Assembly (NCBI GenBank): GCA_031411295.1
Contig: JANOAV010000123.1
Location: 16,086-80,085 of the forward strand
Direction of reading: 5' to 3'
DNA length: 64,000 nucleotides
DNA from: Verrucomicrobiales bacterium
GTDB lineage: Bacteria > Verrucomicrobiota > Verrucomicrobiia > Verrucomicrobiales > V1-33
A model generated the notes under the pieces. It saw only the letters and a list, made by a program, of their open reading frames with translations, made no database searches and was not told where the DNA came from. Below are positions 20,062 through 28,865 of this stretch, in pieces (the first letter of the stretch is position 1; every line of letters starts with the position of its first letter). The position numbers and the translations under genes are program-made.

Positions 20062-20321
20062 TAGTGCTTTGGTTAAGTGGGTTTGCGTGAAGGGGACCTT
20101 CCATCGATGATGGATCGTGCGACCACGATTTTCCAAGGATGGACCCTGCGCAGGAATGCGACATTTCCGTCAGGGCTCGCCATGTTGCAACGATTTCCCC
20201 CGGGCACTCAAGAGAAAAATTGGGTGGGGAGCGTGAAATTGACGAAAATCCAGACCCCAGGGCAGGAAAAATCACCGAATTGGCTTTTGCGGGAGTGCAG
20301 AATGCGTGCGAAAAATAACGT

Positions 20322-21572
20322 ATGACGGATTTTGATGTAATCATTTTGGGCGGAGGGCCCGCAGGCAGCACGGCGGCAACGTATCTCGCCCGCAGTGGGC
20401 AACGGGTGCTGATTTTGGAACGCGAGTCGTTTCCAAGGTTTCATGTGGGGGAGTCGCTGCTGCCATATAATCGGCGGATTTTTGAGGAAATGGGGTTGCT
20501 GGAGGAAATCGACGACCAGGGTTACATGGTGAAGCACGGGGCTCAGTTTTGGCTAGGAAATGGGCGGCGGCATGTGGAAATCTTGTTTCGCGAAGGGCAT
20601 TTCAACGAGGAGTTCACCGCGTTTCAGGTGGAACGAAGTCAGTTCGACGAGTTGCTGTTGCGCCATGCCTCAAAGCAGGGGGCTGAGGTGCGGGAAGCTT
20701 GCACGGTTATGGCGACTGAAGTGACCGAGCAGGCAGTTAGTGCAACCTACCAAAACGCCTCGGGAGAGCATCGGGTAACCGGGAAATTCCTGATTGATGC
20801 GACGGGACAGGCGAATTTCACGGGCAACGCAGCGGGCCTCAAAGTGCCGTATGCCGGGCACCGGAAGGTGGCGATTTTTGGGCACTTCACCGGGGTGAAG
20901 TTGCCCCCTGGGGACAAGATGGGGGACATCATTATTATCCGGCTGGAGGACGGTTGGTTCTGGCTGATACCGTTGAGTGAGGAAAAAGTTAGCGTCGGAC
21001 TGGTCTGCGATGTGGCTCGCTTCAAGGCCAGCGGATTGAGCCCGGAGGCCATGTTCGACAGCGTGGTGGCGGAGCAGCGGGCCGCGCAGGAGCGGATGGA
21101 GCAAGCAATCCGGGTGGGGAAAATTCATGTTATTTCAGATTACTCCTACCAGAATCGGCAATTCGTGAGTCCCCGGCTGGTGAGGGTGGGGGATGCGGCG
21201 GGATTTCTGGACCCCATTTTCAGCAGTGGCGTGTATCTCGCGATGACTTCCGGGCGGGATGCCGCGCGCGGGGTGGCGGGAGCCCTGGCCAGAAATAAGT
21301 CCATGACTGCGGAACTGCGTCGCTACCAGAAGCAGTTGCGAAAGGAAATGGGCCTGTATTGGAGCCTGATCCAACGCTACTATACCACGCCGTTCATTGA
21401 TCTATTCATGGATCCCGATCCGCCGCTGCAATTACGGTCAGCGGTGAACAGTGTCTTGGCGGGACGCCTGCACCAATCATGGAGTGTGCGCTGGCGGTTG
21501 TGGGTGTTCTATTTTCTGGTCAAACTCCAGCGCCGTTTCGCTTTGGCACCGCGGACAAATTTCTCAAGATAG
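20322..21572 (+). CDS. FAD-dependent oxidoreductase, flavin-dependent halogenase-like
   Basis: GGGPAG, FPRFHVGESL, GWFWLIP (WxWxIP), GDAAGFLDPIFSSGV. Confidence 0.85.
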   Translation: MTDFDVIILGGGPAGSTAATYLARSGQRVLILERESFPRFHVGESLLPYNRRIFEEMGLLEEIDDQGYMVKHGAQFWLGNGRRHVEILFREGHFNEEFTAFQVERSQFDELLLRHASKQGAEVREACTVMATEVTEQAVSATYQNASGEHRVTGKFLIDATGQANFTGNAAGLKVPYAGHRKVAIFGHFTGVKLPPGDKMGDIIIIRLEDGWFWLIPLSEEKVSVGLVCDVARFKASGLSPEAMFDSVVAEQRAAQERMEQAIRVGKIHVISDYSYQNRQFVSPRLVRVGDAAGFLDPIFSSGVYLAMTSGRDAARGVAGALARNKSMTAELRRYQKQLRKEMGLYWSLIQRYYTTPFIDLFMDPDPPLQLRSAVNSVLAGRLHQSWSVRWRLWVFYFLVKLQRRFALAPRTNFSR

Positions 21573-21721
21573 GGCTCGGCAGATATTAACTTTGGATTAA
21601 GATAAAAATTTCCGAAGAAATCCCACCAGAAACGTTGACACTGGGGTGAAAAAAATTGTAACGATTTCGACAACTAGTCTCCGGGATTTTCTCCCGCAGA
21701 CCACGGCCTCGCATTTCCGCC

Positions 21722-22675
21722 ATGATCGAAGTAAAAGAACCACCACCAAAACCGACCACCGACGCATCTCCTGCTGGCAGCGCAGCGGCTCCATCCGCTC
21801 CGCCCAGCAAGAAAGGCGCGCCCGCGCTGGGGCCCAGCCGCAAGGGGGTGAAGGATCAGATCATCGAGCGCTATGAGAAGAAATATCTGATCCATCCGCG
21901 TCTGATGCCGCAGATCCGCAAGTGGATGGAGCCATTCGTCATTCCTGATCCCAACGCCAAGGGAGCGGTGCCAGAATATACCACGACGACCATGCAGTTG
22001 GACACCCCGTTCATGCATCTGGCCATTGCCGGGGAGCGCTACATGTCCTCCCGCTTCAAAATGCGGATCCGCACTTACGGTTACGATGCCAATCCGAAGA
22101 ATGCGGTGTTCATTGAACTCAAGCGGCGGGTGCAGAATGGAATGGTGGTCAAAAGCCGTTCCATGATGACCCGGGCCATGTGGCATCCCCGGTGCATTAC
22201 GCATCCCAACACTGCTCCGATGCTCAAGTCGCCCAAGGACAATTCGAACTTTATGGACTTTTGTCGTTTGGCCAGCGAACTCGGAGCGCGTCCGAAAATG
22301 CTCATCCGCTACATCCGCGAGTCTTACTTCAGCGCTAATGACGATTACGCACGGATCACGTTTGACCGTCGGGTTTCCTACCGTCCGCATCACACGTGGA
22401 ATCTGGTGGGTCCGGAATATACCGACTGGAAATGCTGGCGACCAATTGATACCACCTTTGGGATGGGGCAGGATTTTTCCCCCTACATTCTGGAGTTAAA
22501 GTCCATGGCTGATTCCCCCACTTGGATGTTGGAAATGGCAGAGCGCTTCAACCTGGCTCCGGTCGGCTTCTGCAAATATGCCACCGCCATGAGGTTGGAG
22601 AACGCCTCCATCAACGGCATTTCCTACGATCATGAGACCCACAACCTCATGCCTTACCAACAAGTGTTTTATTGA
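21722..22675 (+). CDS. VTC-domain polyphosphate polymerase family protein
   Basis: RYEKKYLI, RFKMRIRTY, FIELKRR, KSR, YIRESY, RITFD, ILELK, FCKY: the CYTH/VTC motif set. Confidence 0.88.
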   Translation: MIEVKEPPPKPTTDASPAGSAAAPSAPPSKKGAPALGPSRKGVKDQIIERYEKKYLIHPRLMPQIRKWMEPFVIPDPNAKGAVPEYTTTTMQLDTPFMHLAIAGERYMSSRFKMRIRTYGYDANPKNAVFIELKRRVQNGMVVKSRSMMTRAMWHPRCITHPNTAPMLKSPKDNSNFMDFCRLASELGARPKMLIRYIRESYFSANDDYARITFDRRVSYRPHHTWNLVGPEYTDWKCWRPIDTTFGMGQDFSPYILELKSMADSPTWMLEMAERFNLAPVGFCKYATAMRLENASINGISYDHETHNLMPYQQVFY

Positions 22676-22822
22676 CTTTAGCTCCCGCTTTTCGAGAAAT
22701 CGCCACGATTACTTGAAATTCCTTTGCATTACTCCGCTGCGTTTGCAGAATCCACCTTCCCGACCCGACTTCCCCCAGTTCACCAACTGACCCCTCACTA
22801 ACATTTTTAATTACTACCGTTC

Positions 22823-23518
22823 ATGCCCGTTGATGCTCTCCCCTTATTCGACGCCCTGGGTGCCACGCACTCCCTTGAGGCGATCGAAGTCTTTTATACC
22901 TTGGTCATCGCTTTCGTGCTTGGGTTGACCACGGCCAATGTTTATCGCTATACCCATCAGGGGTTCAGCTTCCAGCGCACGTTCCTGCACACGCTGGTCT
23001 TGGCGCATATCGTCATCGCGATCATGATCATGGCCATCGGCAACAACATGGCTCGCGGCTTGGGGATTTTGGGCGCGATGGCGTTCATTCGTTTTCGGAG
23101 TGCGATTCGAGATCCGCGAGACGTGATGTTCCTCTTCGTTTCACTTGCCGTGGGTATTTCCTGTGGCGCGCAAGTCTTCATGGTGGCCATTCTTGGGACG
23201 GTGTTCTTTGGTGCCGTCAGCTTCTTCCTGGCTTGGTCGCCCTTTGCCTCCCGGCGGGAATTCGAAGGCTTGCTGCGGTTCATGCTCCCGCCAGAGTCTG
23301 CTTCCCGCACCGAGTTAGATCGCATTTTCTCCACCTACTGTTCGCGCACCGAGGTGATTGCCACCCGGGAAGCCATTCAAGGCGAGGTCATCGAGTATGC
23401 TTACCAAGTGCGCTTGATCGATCCCACCTACAAAACTGACCTGGTCGATGCGGTGGCCAAACTGCCGGATGCTCAGGAAGTGAGCTTGGTGATGCAACGC
23501 ACCACCGTCGAAGTTTAA
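22823..23518 (+). CDS. DUF4956 membrane protein (MgtC-like TM region plus C-terminal ACT-like domain)
   Basis: IGNNMARGLGILGAMAFIRFRSAIRDPRD signature; adjacent to the VTC gene. Confidence 0.88.
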   Translation: MPVDALPLFDALGATHSLEAIEVFYTLVIAFVLGLTTANVYRYTHQGFSFQRTFLHTLVLAHIVIAIMIMAIGNNMARGLGILGAMAFIRFRSAIRDPRDVMFLFVSLAVGISCGAQVFMVAILGTVFFGAVSFFLAWSPFASRREFEGLLRFMLPPESASRTELDRIFSTYCSRTEVIATREAIQGEVIEYAYQVRLIDPTYKTDLVDAVAKLPDAQEVSLVMQRTTVEV

Positions 23519-23542
23519 TAACCTTTTTGCTCGTCATCCCTC

Positions 23543-24697
23543 ATGTCCTATAATCATCCGAATCAACTTACCAAACCCAAAGGGAAAAATTTCGCGCTGC
23601 GTCGGGTTACCAATTTCTGGCCTCTCCTCGTCTGGATCGGTGCCATCTGCGTGGCTGTCTGGACCTATAATCAAGGCGTGGTCTTCCGCCGACTGAACGG
23701 AGCGGTGGACGTCTATCAAGAAAACGTTTCTCCCAAGGAGGACGGAAATTTTGACCGTCTGGCAGAAAAGATCTACCGCGGGGCGCATGTCGCGCAGGAC
23801 CAGATCGTGGCCTACATGCGGCATGATGAACTGGATGAAAAGATCAACATCCTAAAGCACGAAATCGACACCCGTCGCACCGAGCGGCTCCGTCATTACG
23901 ACGAAGACCTTTTAAAAATTGACTCCGATCTCCGTGAAATCGATGGGGATCTGGTGACTTCTCAGGCAGAACAAGAGGCCTGTAAATTTGAAATCGACAC
24001 GATCACCAAGCGGGTGAACACCTTTGCGCCCAATGCGGCCATGGGCGACAAGGAGGCCATGATCAGTCAGTTTGCCGCAGAATTCCGCATCAAACTTGCC
24101 AAATCCAAAGCCCTGGCCGAGGTGCGCAAGATTGATAAGGATAAAGTGCAGAACGAGCGCGATCGCATGAAGCAAGAGCGGGATGCACTGGCTGCGGAAA
24201 CGGATGTTAGGAATTATGCCGAACGCAATCAAGCGGCCCAGTTGGCGCAATTGGAGTTGCGCACGCAGCGCCTCACCATTCGGGCCGCCCGTGGTGGTAT
24301 TGTCGATTTGATCCTCAAGGAACCAGGCGAATACGTGAAGCAAGGGGAGGGAATTCTGAAAATTGTGGGTGCCCCGACTCAGATCGTGGGCTTTCTGGCG
24401 CAGGATCAGTTGAAGAATATCACTGAGGGGAGGAAAGTCTATATCACGTCCACCAAGGATCGGAATCTGGTTTACGAAAGCAAAGTCAACTTCCTGGCTC
24501 CCCGCATGAACAGTGTGCGGGACGTTTCTGCCGGAGCGGCTGCAAGCCGACTCTTTGGTCGGGACGTCATTTGCGAGTATCCCGCTGGCAGTAATTTGCT
24601 CCCCGGTCAGACCGTTATCATTTGGCTGGATCATCCCGGAGACGTCCCCTGGCTCAACAAATTATTGAGCAATGAAGACGCCGGGAGTGGCAAATGA
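23543..24697 (+). CDS. HlyD-family periplasmic adaptor
   Basis: N-terminal TM, long coiled coil, IRAARGGIV..ILKEPGEYVKQGE lipoyl half-motif, LLPGQTV. Confidence 0.8.
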   Translation: MSYNHPNQLTKPKGKNFALRRVTNFWPLLVWIGAICVAVWTYNQGVVFRRLNGAVDVYQENVSPKEDGNFDRLAEKIYRGAHVAQDQIVAYMRHDELDEKINILKHEIDTRRTERLRHYDEDLLKIDSDLREIDGDLVTSQAEQEACKFEIDTITKRVNTFAPNAAMGDKEAMISQFAAEFRIKLAKSKALAEVRKIDKDKVQNERDRMKQERDALAAETDVRNYAERNQAAQLAQLELRTQRLTIRAARGGIVDLILKEPGEYVKQGEGILKIVGAPTQIVGFLAQDQLKNITEGRKVYITSTKDRNLVYESKVNFLAPRMNSVRDVSAGAAASRLFGRDVICEYPAGSNLLPGQTVIIWLDHPGDVPWLNKLLSNEDAGSGK

Positions 24698-24742
24698 GCA
24701 TGGTTTGTTTAATCATGCTTAATAAAGTCACTGGTTTCTCTG

Positions 24743-24770
24743 TTGACACTGGAAATTGGCCTAGTAGATT
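24743..24770 (+). promoter_or_regulatory. Candidate sigma-70 promoter of the rpmH operon
   Basis: TTGACA (24743) - 16 bp - TAGATT (24765). Confidence 0.45.
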
Positions 24771-24887
24771 CCGCCTCCTTTTCTGGCCCAGCAGGCACAG
24801 TTTTGCCATTCCGTGGCCATCGCGTCGTGCACGGCAACGCTCTGCGCATTCTGTCCCTCTAACTCCTACCCTTCCCAACGTAATTTT

Positions 24888-25064
24888 ATGTCGAAACGCA
24901 CCTACCAACCCTCCAAGCGGACCCGCAAACAACAGTTCGGCTTCCGTAAACGCATGTCCACCAAGAATGGGCGTGATATTCTCCGCCGCCGTCGTGCCAA
25001 AGGCCGTCTGCGCTTGATGCCGAAGGGCGTCGAAGTGCATTTTGCCCGTCACACTCAGGCCTAA
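24888..25064 (+). CDS. rpmH: 50S ribosomal protein L34
   Basis: [22 protein letters not shown]; start ATG 24888. Confidence 0.95.
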   Translation: MSKRTYQPSKRTRKQQFGFRKRMSTKNGRDILRRRRAKGRLRLMPKGVEVHFARHTQA

Positions 25065-25078
25065 TTTCCACTTTCTGG

Positions 25079-25125
25079 CATGGCGGAGTCGGTGCGTTCC
25101 AATCGCTGACTCCGCCATGTTCATT
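25079..25125 (+). terminator. Intra-operon hairpin between rpmH and rnpA
   Basis: CATGGCGGAGTC/GACTCCGCCATG 12-bp stem followed by TTCATT. Confidence 0.55.
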
Positions 25126-25141
25126 TGCTCCGTTTCATGTC

Positions 25142-25576
25142 ATGGGATTGCCGAGTGTTCGTCGCATGACCAAGCCGGGAGAGTTCGCCACAGTGCGAAC
25201 CAAGGGGCGCGCTCGCTCCGGGCGGTTGATGACGCTGGCATTGTGGTCGGGTGATCCGAGTGCGGATGAAATTAGTCCACCGCCAGAACCAAAGGTTTCT
25301 GAGAAGCTGCGGTTTGGTTTCACGCTCACGAAACGCTTGGGAAACGCCGTGAAACGGAATTTGCTCCGCCGTCGCCTCCGCGAAATTGCCCGCACGGCCA
25401 GTCCTGTCATCCCAGGAAAAGGAATGCTCGTGACGATCCCCCGGCCCATTGCGGTGCAAGCGTCGTTTCAGGAATTAGCCGCTGAGTGGCATTATTTGGC
25501 GGGGAAACTGGAGTTGATTCCCCGGGGTGTCCGTCCCGCCGTCCCGTCAGTGCTGCCGCCCGTGCCGATGCCATGA
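25142..25576 (+). CDS. rnpA: Ribonuclease P protein component
   Basis: [25 protein letters not shown]; canonical synteny. Confidence 0.92.
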   Translation: MGLPSVRRMTKPGEFATVRTKGRARSGRLMTLALWSGDPSADEISPPPEPKVSEKLRFGFTLTKRLGNAVKRNLLRRRLREIARTASPVIPGKGMLVTIPRPIAVQASFQELAAEWHYLAGKLELIPRGVRPAVPSVLPPVPMP

Positions 25577-25854
25577 AATGGTTGCTCATCAAATGTGTGC
25601 GGTTTTATCAGATTGCCGTCTCGCCCATCCTGCATCGGCTGGGTGGACCCACGGCAGGCTGTCGGTTTATTCCCACTTGTTCTCAATATTTCATTGAGGC
25701 GGTGCAGGCGCATGGTGCTTGCAAAGGCAGTTGGTTGGGGCTCAAACGCATCCTGCGCTGCAACCCCTGGGGCGGATTCGGTGAGGATCCCGTTCCGCCA
25801 ATTACTAAATCCTCCGGCAAATGCACTTGCCATCCCCCGCAATCTGAAGTCTAG
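25573..25854 (+). CDS. yidD: Membrane protein insertion efficiency factor
   Basis: [31 protein letters not shown]. Confidence 0.93.
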   Translation: MKWLLIKCVRFYQIAVSPILHRLGGPTAGCRFIPTCSQYFIEAVQAHGACKGSWLGLKRILRCNPWGGFGEDPVPPITKSSGKCTCHPPQSEV

Positions 25855-25922
25855 CCTCACTCTCCCCCTCCTTTCTTCCCACCCCCGTCATTCGTCTTTA
25901 GACCACGTCATTCCCTTTCTGC

Positions 25923-27779
25923 ATGAAAAAACTCGATAAAATGGACATCATCGTCATTCTCCTAACGGGATTGGCGCTGTATTATTTCATGTTTGTGCTC
26001 AAGCCTGCGCCCAAGCCGGTTCCACAGGTGGACGCCACTTCGGAAAAGGCCAAAGCCGCCGACGGCACTCCCAAAGTTGAAGGCCCGACCACCACCACCC
26101 CGGAAGCACCAGCGGTTCCGCCAGCAGCCAAAGAGCAACTGGTGGAGTTCGACACCAAGGCGGCCAAATACATCTTCACCACGGCCGGCGGAGGCATCAA
26201 ATCTTTGTCCACCGCCGAAGCTCCCTTTGCTGGTAAAACGATCCAAGAATTGAACCTAAAAGGCGAAGGAGCCATCGGCAGTATTTCCAGGATCGAAGGG
26301 GAAGTGGATACCAAGCCATGGGCTATCAAGGCCCAGACTGACAAATCGATTACTTTTGAAACCACCACCAAGGACGGCATCGTCATCACGAAGCATTGGA
26401 GTCAGGTGGCAGGGGAGGATCCGCTCCAGGGCCCGGGGTATTTGTGGGATTTGCAAATTTCCTTCCAGAATAACAGCGAGGAAACCTTCACTCCAGACTC
26501 GTATTCGATCTATGTTGGTGCGGATACTCAAGTCCATTCAGTGGACCCTTATGTTCTGGTGGGACTATTCGCGGGTGGGAAAGGACAGGAAGTGCATGTG
26601 GGTGATTTCGATGAAAGCAAGGCGTTGGGCTTCCTTTGGGTGCGACGTGCAGCCCGATCCACGATCAGTGAGACCTTGGGGCAGGCCGCTTGGGTTAGCG
26701 TCAACAGCCGATATTATTCCACCATCGTGACCTCCATGGCGCAGGAAAAGTCGGATGCCAAAATGTGGGCTCGTCGCTTTGAGGACAAGGTTAAAGAAGG
26801 CGAGACGGTGGCGAACGTTAAAGGGATTCACGCCGGGTTTGGCCTGCCCACTGCTAAAATTGAGAAGGGCAAGGCGCAGAGCTTCAATTATCAAGTCTAT
26901 GCCGGCCCCCGCTCCGGAACCCTGCTGGGTAAAATTGAGCAGGATCGCGTCGAAACCATGTTCTATGGCATGACCGGTGGCCTCAGTAAATTGTTCCTGT
27001 GGGCGCTGAATTTTTTCCATGGACTCACGAGCAGCTTTGGTCTGGCGGTCGTGTTTCTCACCCTGTGCGTGCGGATCGTCATCTGGCCGTTGCACATTAA
27101 GGCTACTCGCAGCATGAAGCGCATGGGGTTGCTGGCTCCCATGATGACGGAGATTAAGGAGCGCTACAAAGCGAAGCCCCCTTCCCCGGATACCCAACGG
27201 GCCCAGCAGATGGAGATGATGGGGCTGTATCGTGAGTATGGCATCAATCCACTCGGTGGATGTCTGCCCCTGCTGCTGCAAATGCCCATCTTCTTCGGCT
27301 ACTTCGGGATGCTGAACCATGCCGTGGAAATGCGCGGGCATTCGTTCCTATGGGCGCACGATCTGACCCTGCCGGACACCGTTTTGCATCTCTTTGGGTT
27401 CCCCATCAATCCGCTGCCACTCCTAATGACCATCACCATGTTCATCCAAATGAAGCTGCAGCCCACTCCGCCGAGCACGGATGAGAATCAGAAGCTGCAA
27501 ATGAAGATCATGAAGTTCATGCCGCTGATGTTCCTCGTCTTCTGTTATTCCTATGCCAGCGCCCTGGCCCTTTACTGGACCGTGCAAAACATCGTTTCCA
27601 TCTTCCAGACCCAATTGGTGAAACGGATGCCGGAACCGCAGTTGACCAAGCGCGATCCCCGCAAGCCACCAACCGCCGGTTCAGGCCGCTTCGGTGGCGG
27701 TGGTGCTCAGCCAGAAAAGCCCAAGGGCCCCAGCCAACCCCGCATCGGCGGTGGCGGCAAGAGCGCCTTCAAAGGCTAA
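25923..27779 (+). CDS. yidC: Membrane protein insertase
   Basis: NPLGGCLPLLLQMPIF, FLWAHDL, LYWTVQN; canonical synteny. Confidence 0.95.
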   Translation: MKKLDKMDIIVILLTGLALYYFMFVLKPAPKPVPQVDATSEKAKAADGTPKVEGPTTTTPEAPAVPPAAKEQLVEFDTKAAKYIFTTAGGGIKSLSTAEAPFAGKTIQELNLKGEGAIGSISRIEGEVDTKPWAIKAQTDKSITFETTTKDGIVITKHWSQVAGEDPLQGPGYLWDLQISFQNNSEETFTPDSYSIYVGADTQVHSVDPYVLVGLFAGGKGQEVHVGDFDESKALGFLWVRRAARSTISETLGQAAWVSVNSRYYSTIVTSMAQEKSDAKMWARRFEDKVKEGETVANVKGIHAGFGLPTAKIEKGKAQSFNYQVYAGPRSGTLLGKIEQDRVETMFYGMTGGLSKLFLWALNFFHGLTSSFGLAVVFLTLCVRIVIWPLHIKATRSMKRMGLLAPMMTEIKERYKAKPPSPDTQRAQQMEMMGLYREYGINPLGGCLPLLLQMPIFFGYFGMLNHAVEMRGHSFLWAHDLTLPDTVLHLFGFPINPLPLLMTITMFIQMKLQPTPPSTDENQKLQMKIMKFMPLMFLVFCYSYASALALYWTVQNIVSIFQTQLVKRMPEPQLTKRDPRKPPTAGSGRFGGGGAQPEKPKGPSQPRIGGGGKSAFKG

Positions 27780-27913
27780 GGCTGCCGCTCCCAAATCAGA
27801 CATTCAACCCCAACAACCACTCCTCCTAACAACCAACAAATCCACTGAGAATTCCAGTGAGCGAAACTTTTCACTTGCGCCCCCTGACTTCTTAGCTAAA
27901 TACAGCGACTCTT

Positions 27914-28183
27914 ATGGCAAAATCTTCTTGGCTCGAACGCGACAAACGCAAACGCAAAACTGTTGAAAAATACGCTGACCTCCGCAAGGAACTCAAAGCG
28001 AAAGGTGACTACGTGGGACTTTCCATGCTCCCCCGGGACGCTAGCCCGACTCGTCTCATCAACCGTTGTGCCGTCTCTGGACGTCGTCGCGCATTCATGC
28101 GCCGCTTCCACCTCAGCCGTATTTCCTTCCGTGAATTGGCCAATGCAGGGATGATTCCCGGCGTGACCAAATCCAGTTGGTAA
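27914..28183 (+). CDS. rpsN: 30S ribosomal protein S14 (89 aa, zinc-independent form)
   Basis: LPRDASPTRLINRC, LSRISFRE, IPGVTKSSW. Confidence 0.96.
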   Translation: MAKSSWLERDKRKRKTVEKYADLRKELKAKGDYVGLSMLPRDASPTRLINRCAVSGRRRAFMRRFHLSRISFRELANAGMIPGVTKSSW

Positions 28184-28214
28184 GTCTTCATTACCAGCAG
28201 TTCCATTTCCAACC

Positions 28215-28245
28215 AGCGGATGCCTCCCAAGGGCATCCGCTTTTT
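28215..28245 (+). terminator. Rho-independent terminator after rpsN
   Basis: AGCGGATGCC/GGCATCCGCT stem followed by a T run. Confidence 0.8.
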
Positions 28246-28269
28246 CCTGCCTTCATCGCATGAGCGGGG

Positions 28270-28292
28270 GTGGTAGCAGTCCGCCGGACGGC
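28270..28292. repeat. GTGG-type REP hairpin
   Basis: GTGGTAGCAGTCCGCCGGACGGC. Confidence 0.6.
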
Positions 28293-28385
28293 GGTAAATC
28301 CAATGATCCGCGCCCTGGCCTGTGGTGGGTTGGTCCGTGGGTGGGTCCGCCTCAAGGCGGGACTCCAACTGATGTGGGGGGCGGG

Positions 28386-28616
28386 ATACGGCGTAGGCGC
28401 GTCAGGGAGGGGGCGTAGGGGCAACTAGCATACGGCGTAGGCGTGTTGGGGAGGGGGCGTAGGGGTGACTCGCATACGGCGTAAGCGTGTTGGGGAGGGG
28501 GCGTATGCGGGTCGCAATGGGGGCGTATGGGCGTGGCGTATACGGGGGGGGCGGCGCTGGTATACGGGGGGTGCCGGTCGCGCACCCGCCGTATGCGGCA
28601 CCGGCATACGGGGGGT
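28386..28616. repeat. G-rich tandem array with a 22-bp register (44-bp higher-order unit)
   Basis: GGCGTA at 28390, 28412, 28434, 28456, 28478, 28500, 28522; ATACG at 28386, 28430, 28474, 28540, 28562, 28606. Confidence 0.9.
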
Positions 28617-28622
28617 GCGGGA

Positions 28623-28865
28623 CTAGGTGGTGATGAGGTTGGCGTAGGTGTAGCTGTGGATGCTGCCGTTGCTGAGGGCGGTTACACGCGCGGTCGGCGG
28701 TCCACTGAAGCCGGCGGGGACGAGGACGCGGAGGCGGCCGGGGTCCATGGTTCCGTAAATGGTGGCGCGGACTTCCGCACACGACAGGAGCGTGGCGAGG
28801 AAGCTCTGGATGACGGCCTCCACCTGCGGGCCAGCGACACCTGTGGCGGCGGTGATGGCGGTCGC
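28623..28865 (-). pseudogene. Gene remnant resembling an internally deleted HU-like/DUF4469 (Ig-like) protein
   Basis: 80 open, strongly C-ending codons: ATAITAATGVAGPQVEAVIQSFLATLLSCA then EVRATIYGTMDPGRLRVLVPAG...GSIHSYTY; family resemblance recalled, not searched. Confidence 0.5.

Noticed and set aside
21586..21720. Pho box upstream of the VTC gene
   Set aside because: AT-rich with a TTGACA at 21635, but no convincing 11-bp-spaced direct repeat or -10 element
24698..24887. oriC/dnaA upstream of rpmH
   Set aside because: No dnaA gene and no TTATCCACA boxes seen
28386..28616. CRISPR array or Pro/Tyr-rich protein
   Set aside because: No constant repeat with unique spacers and no cas genes; the 22-bp period breaks frame, so overlapping ORFs look like low-complexity artefacts
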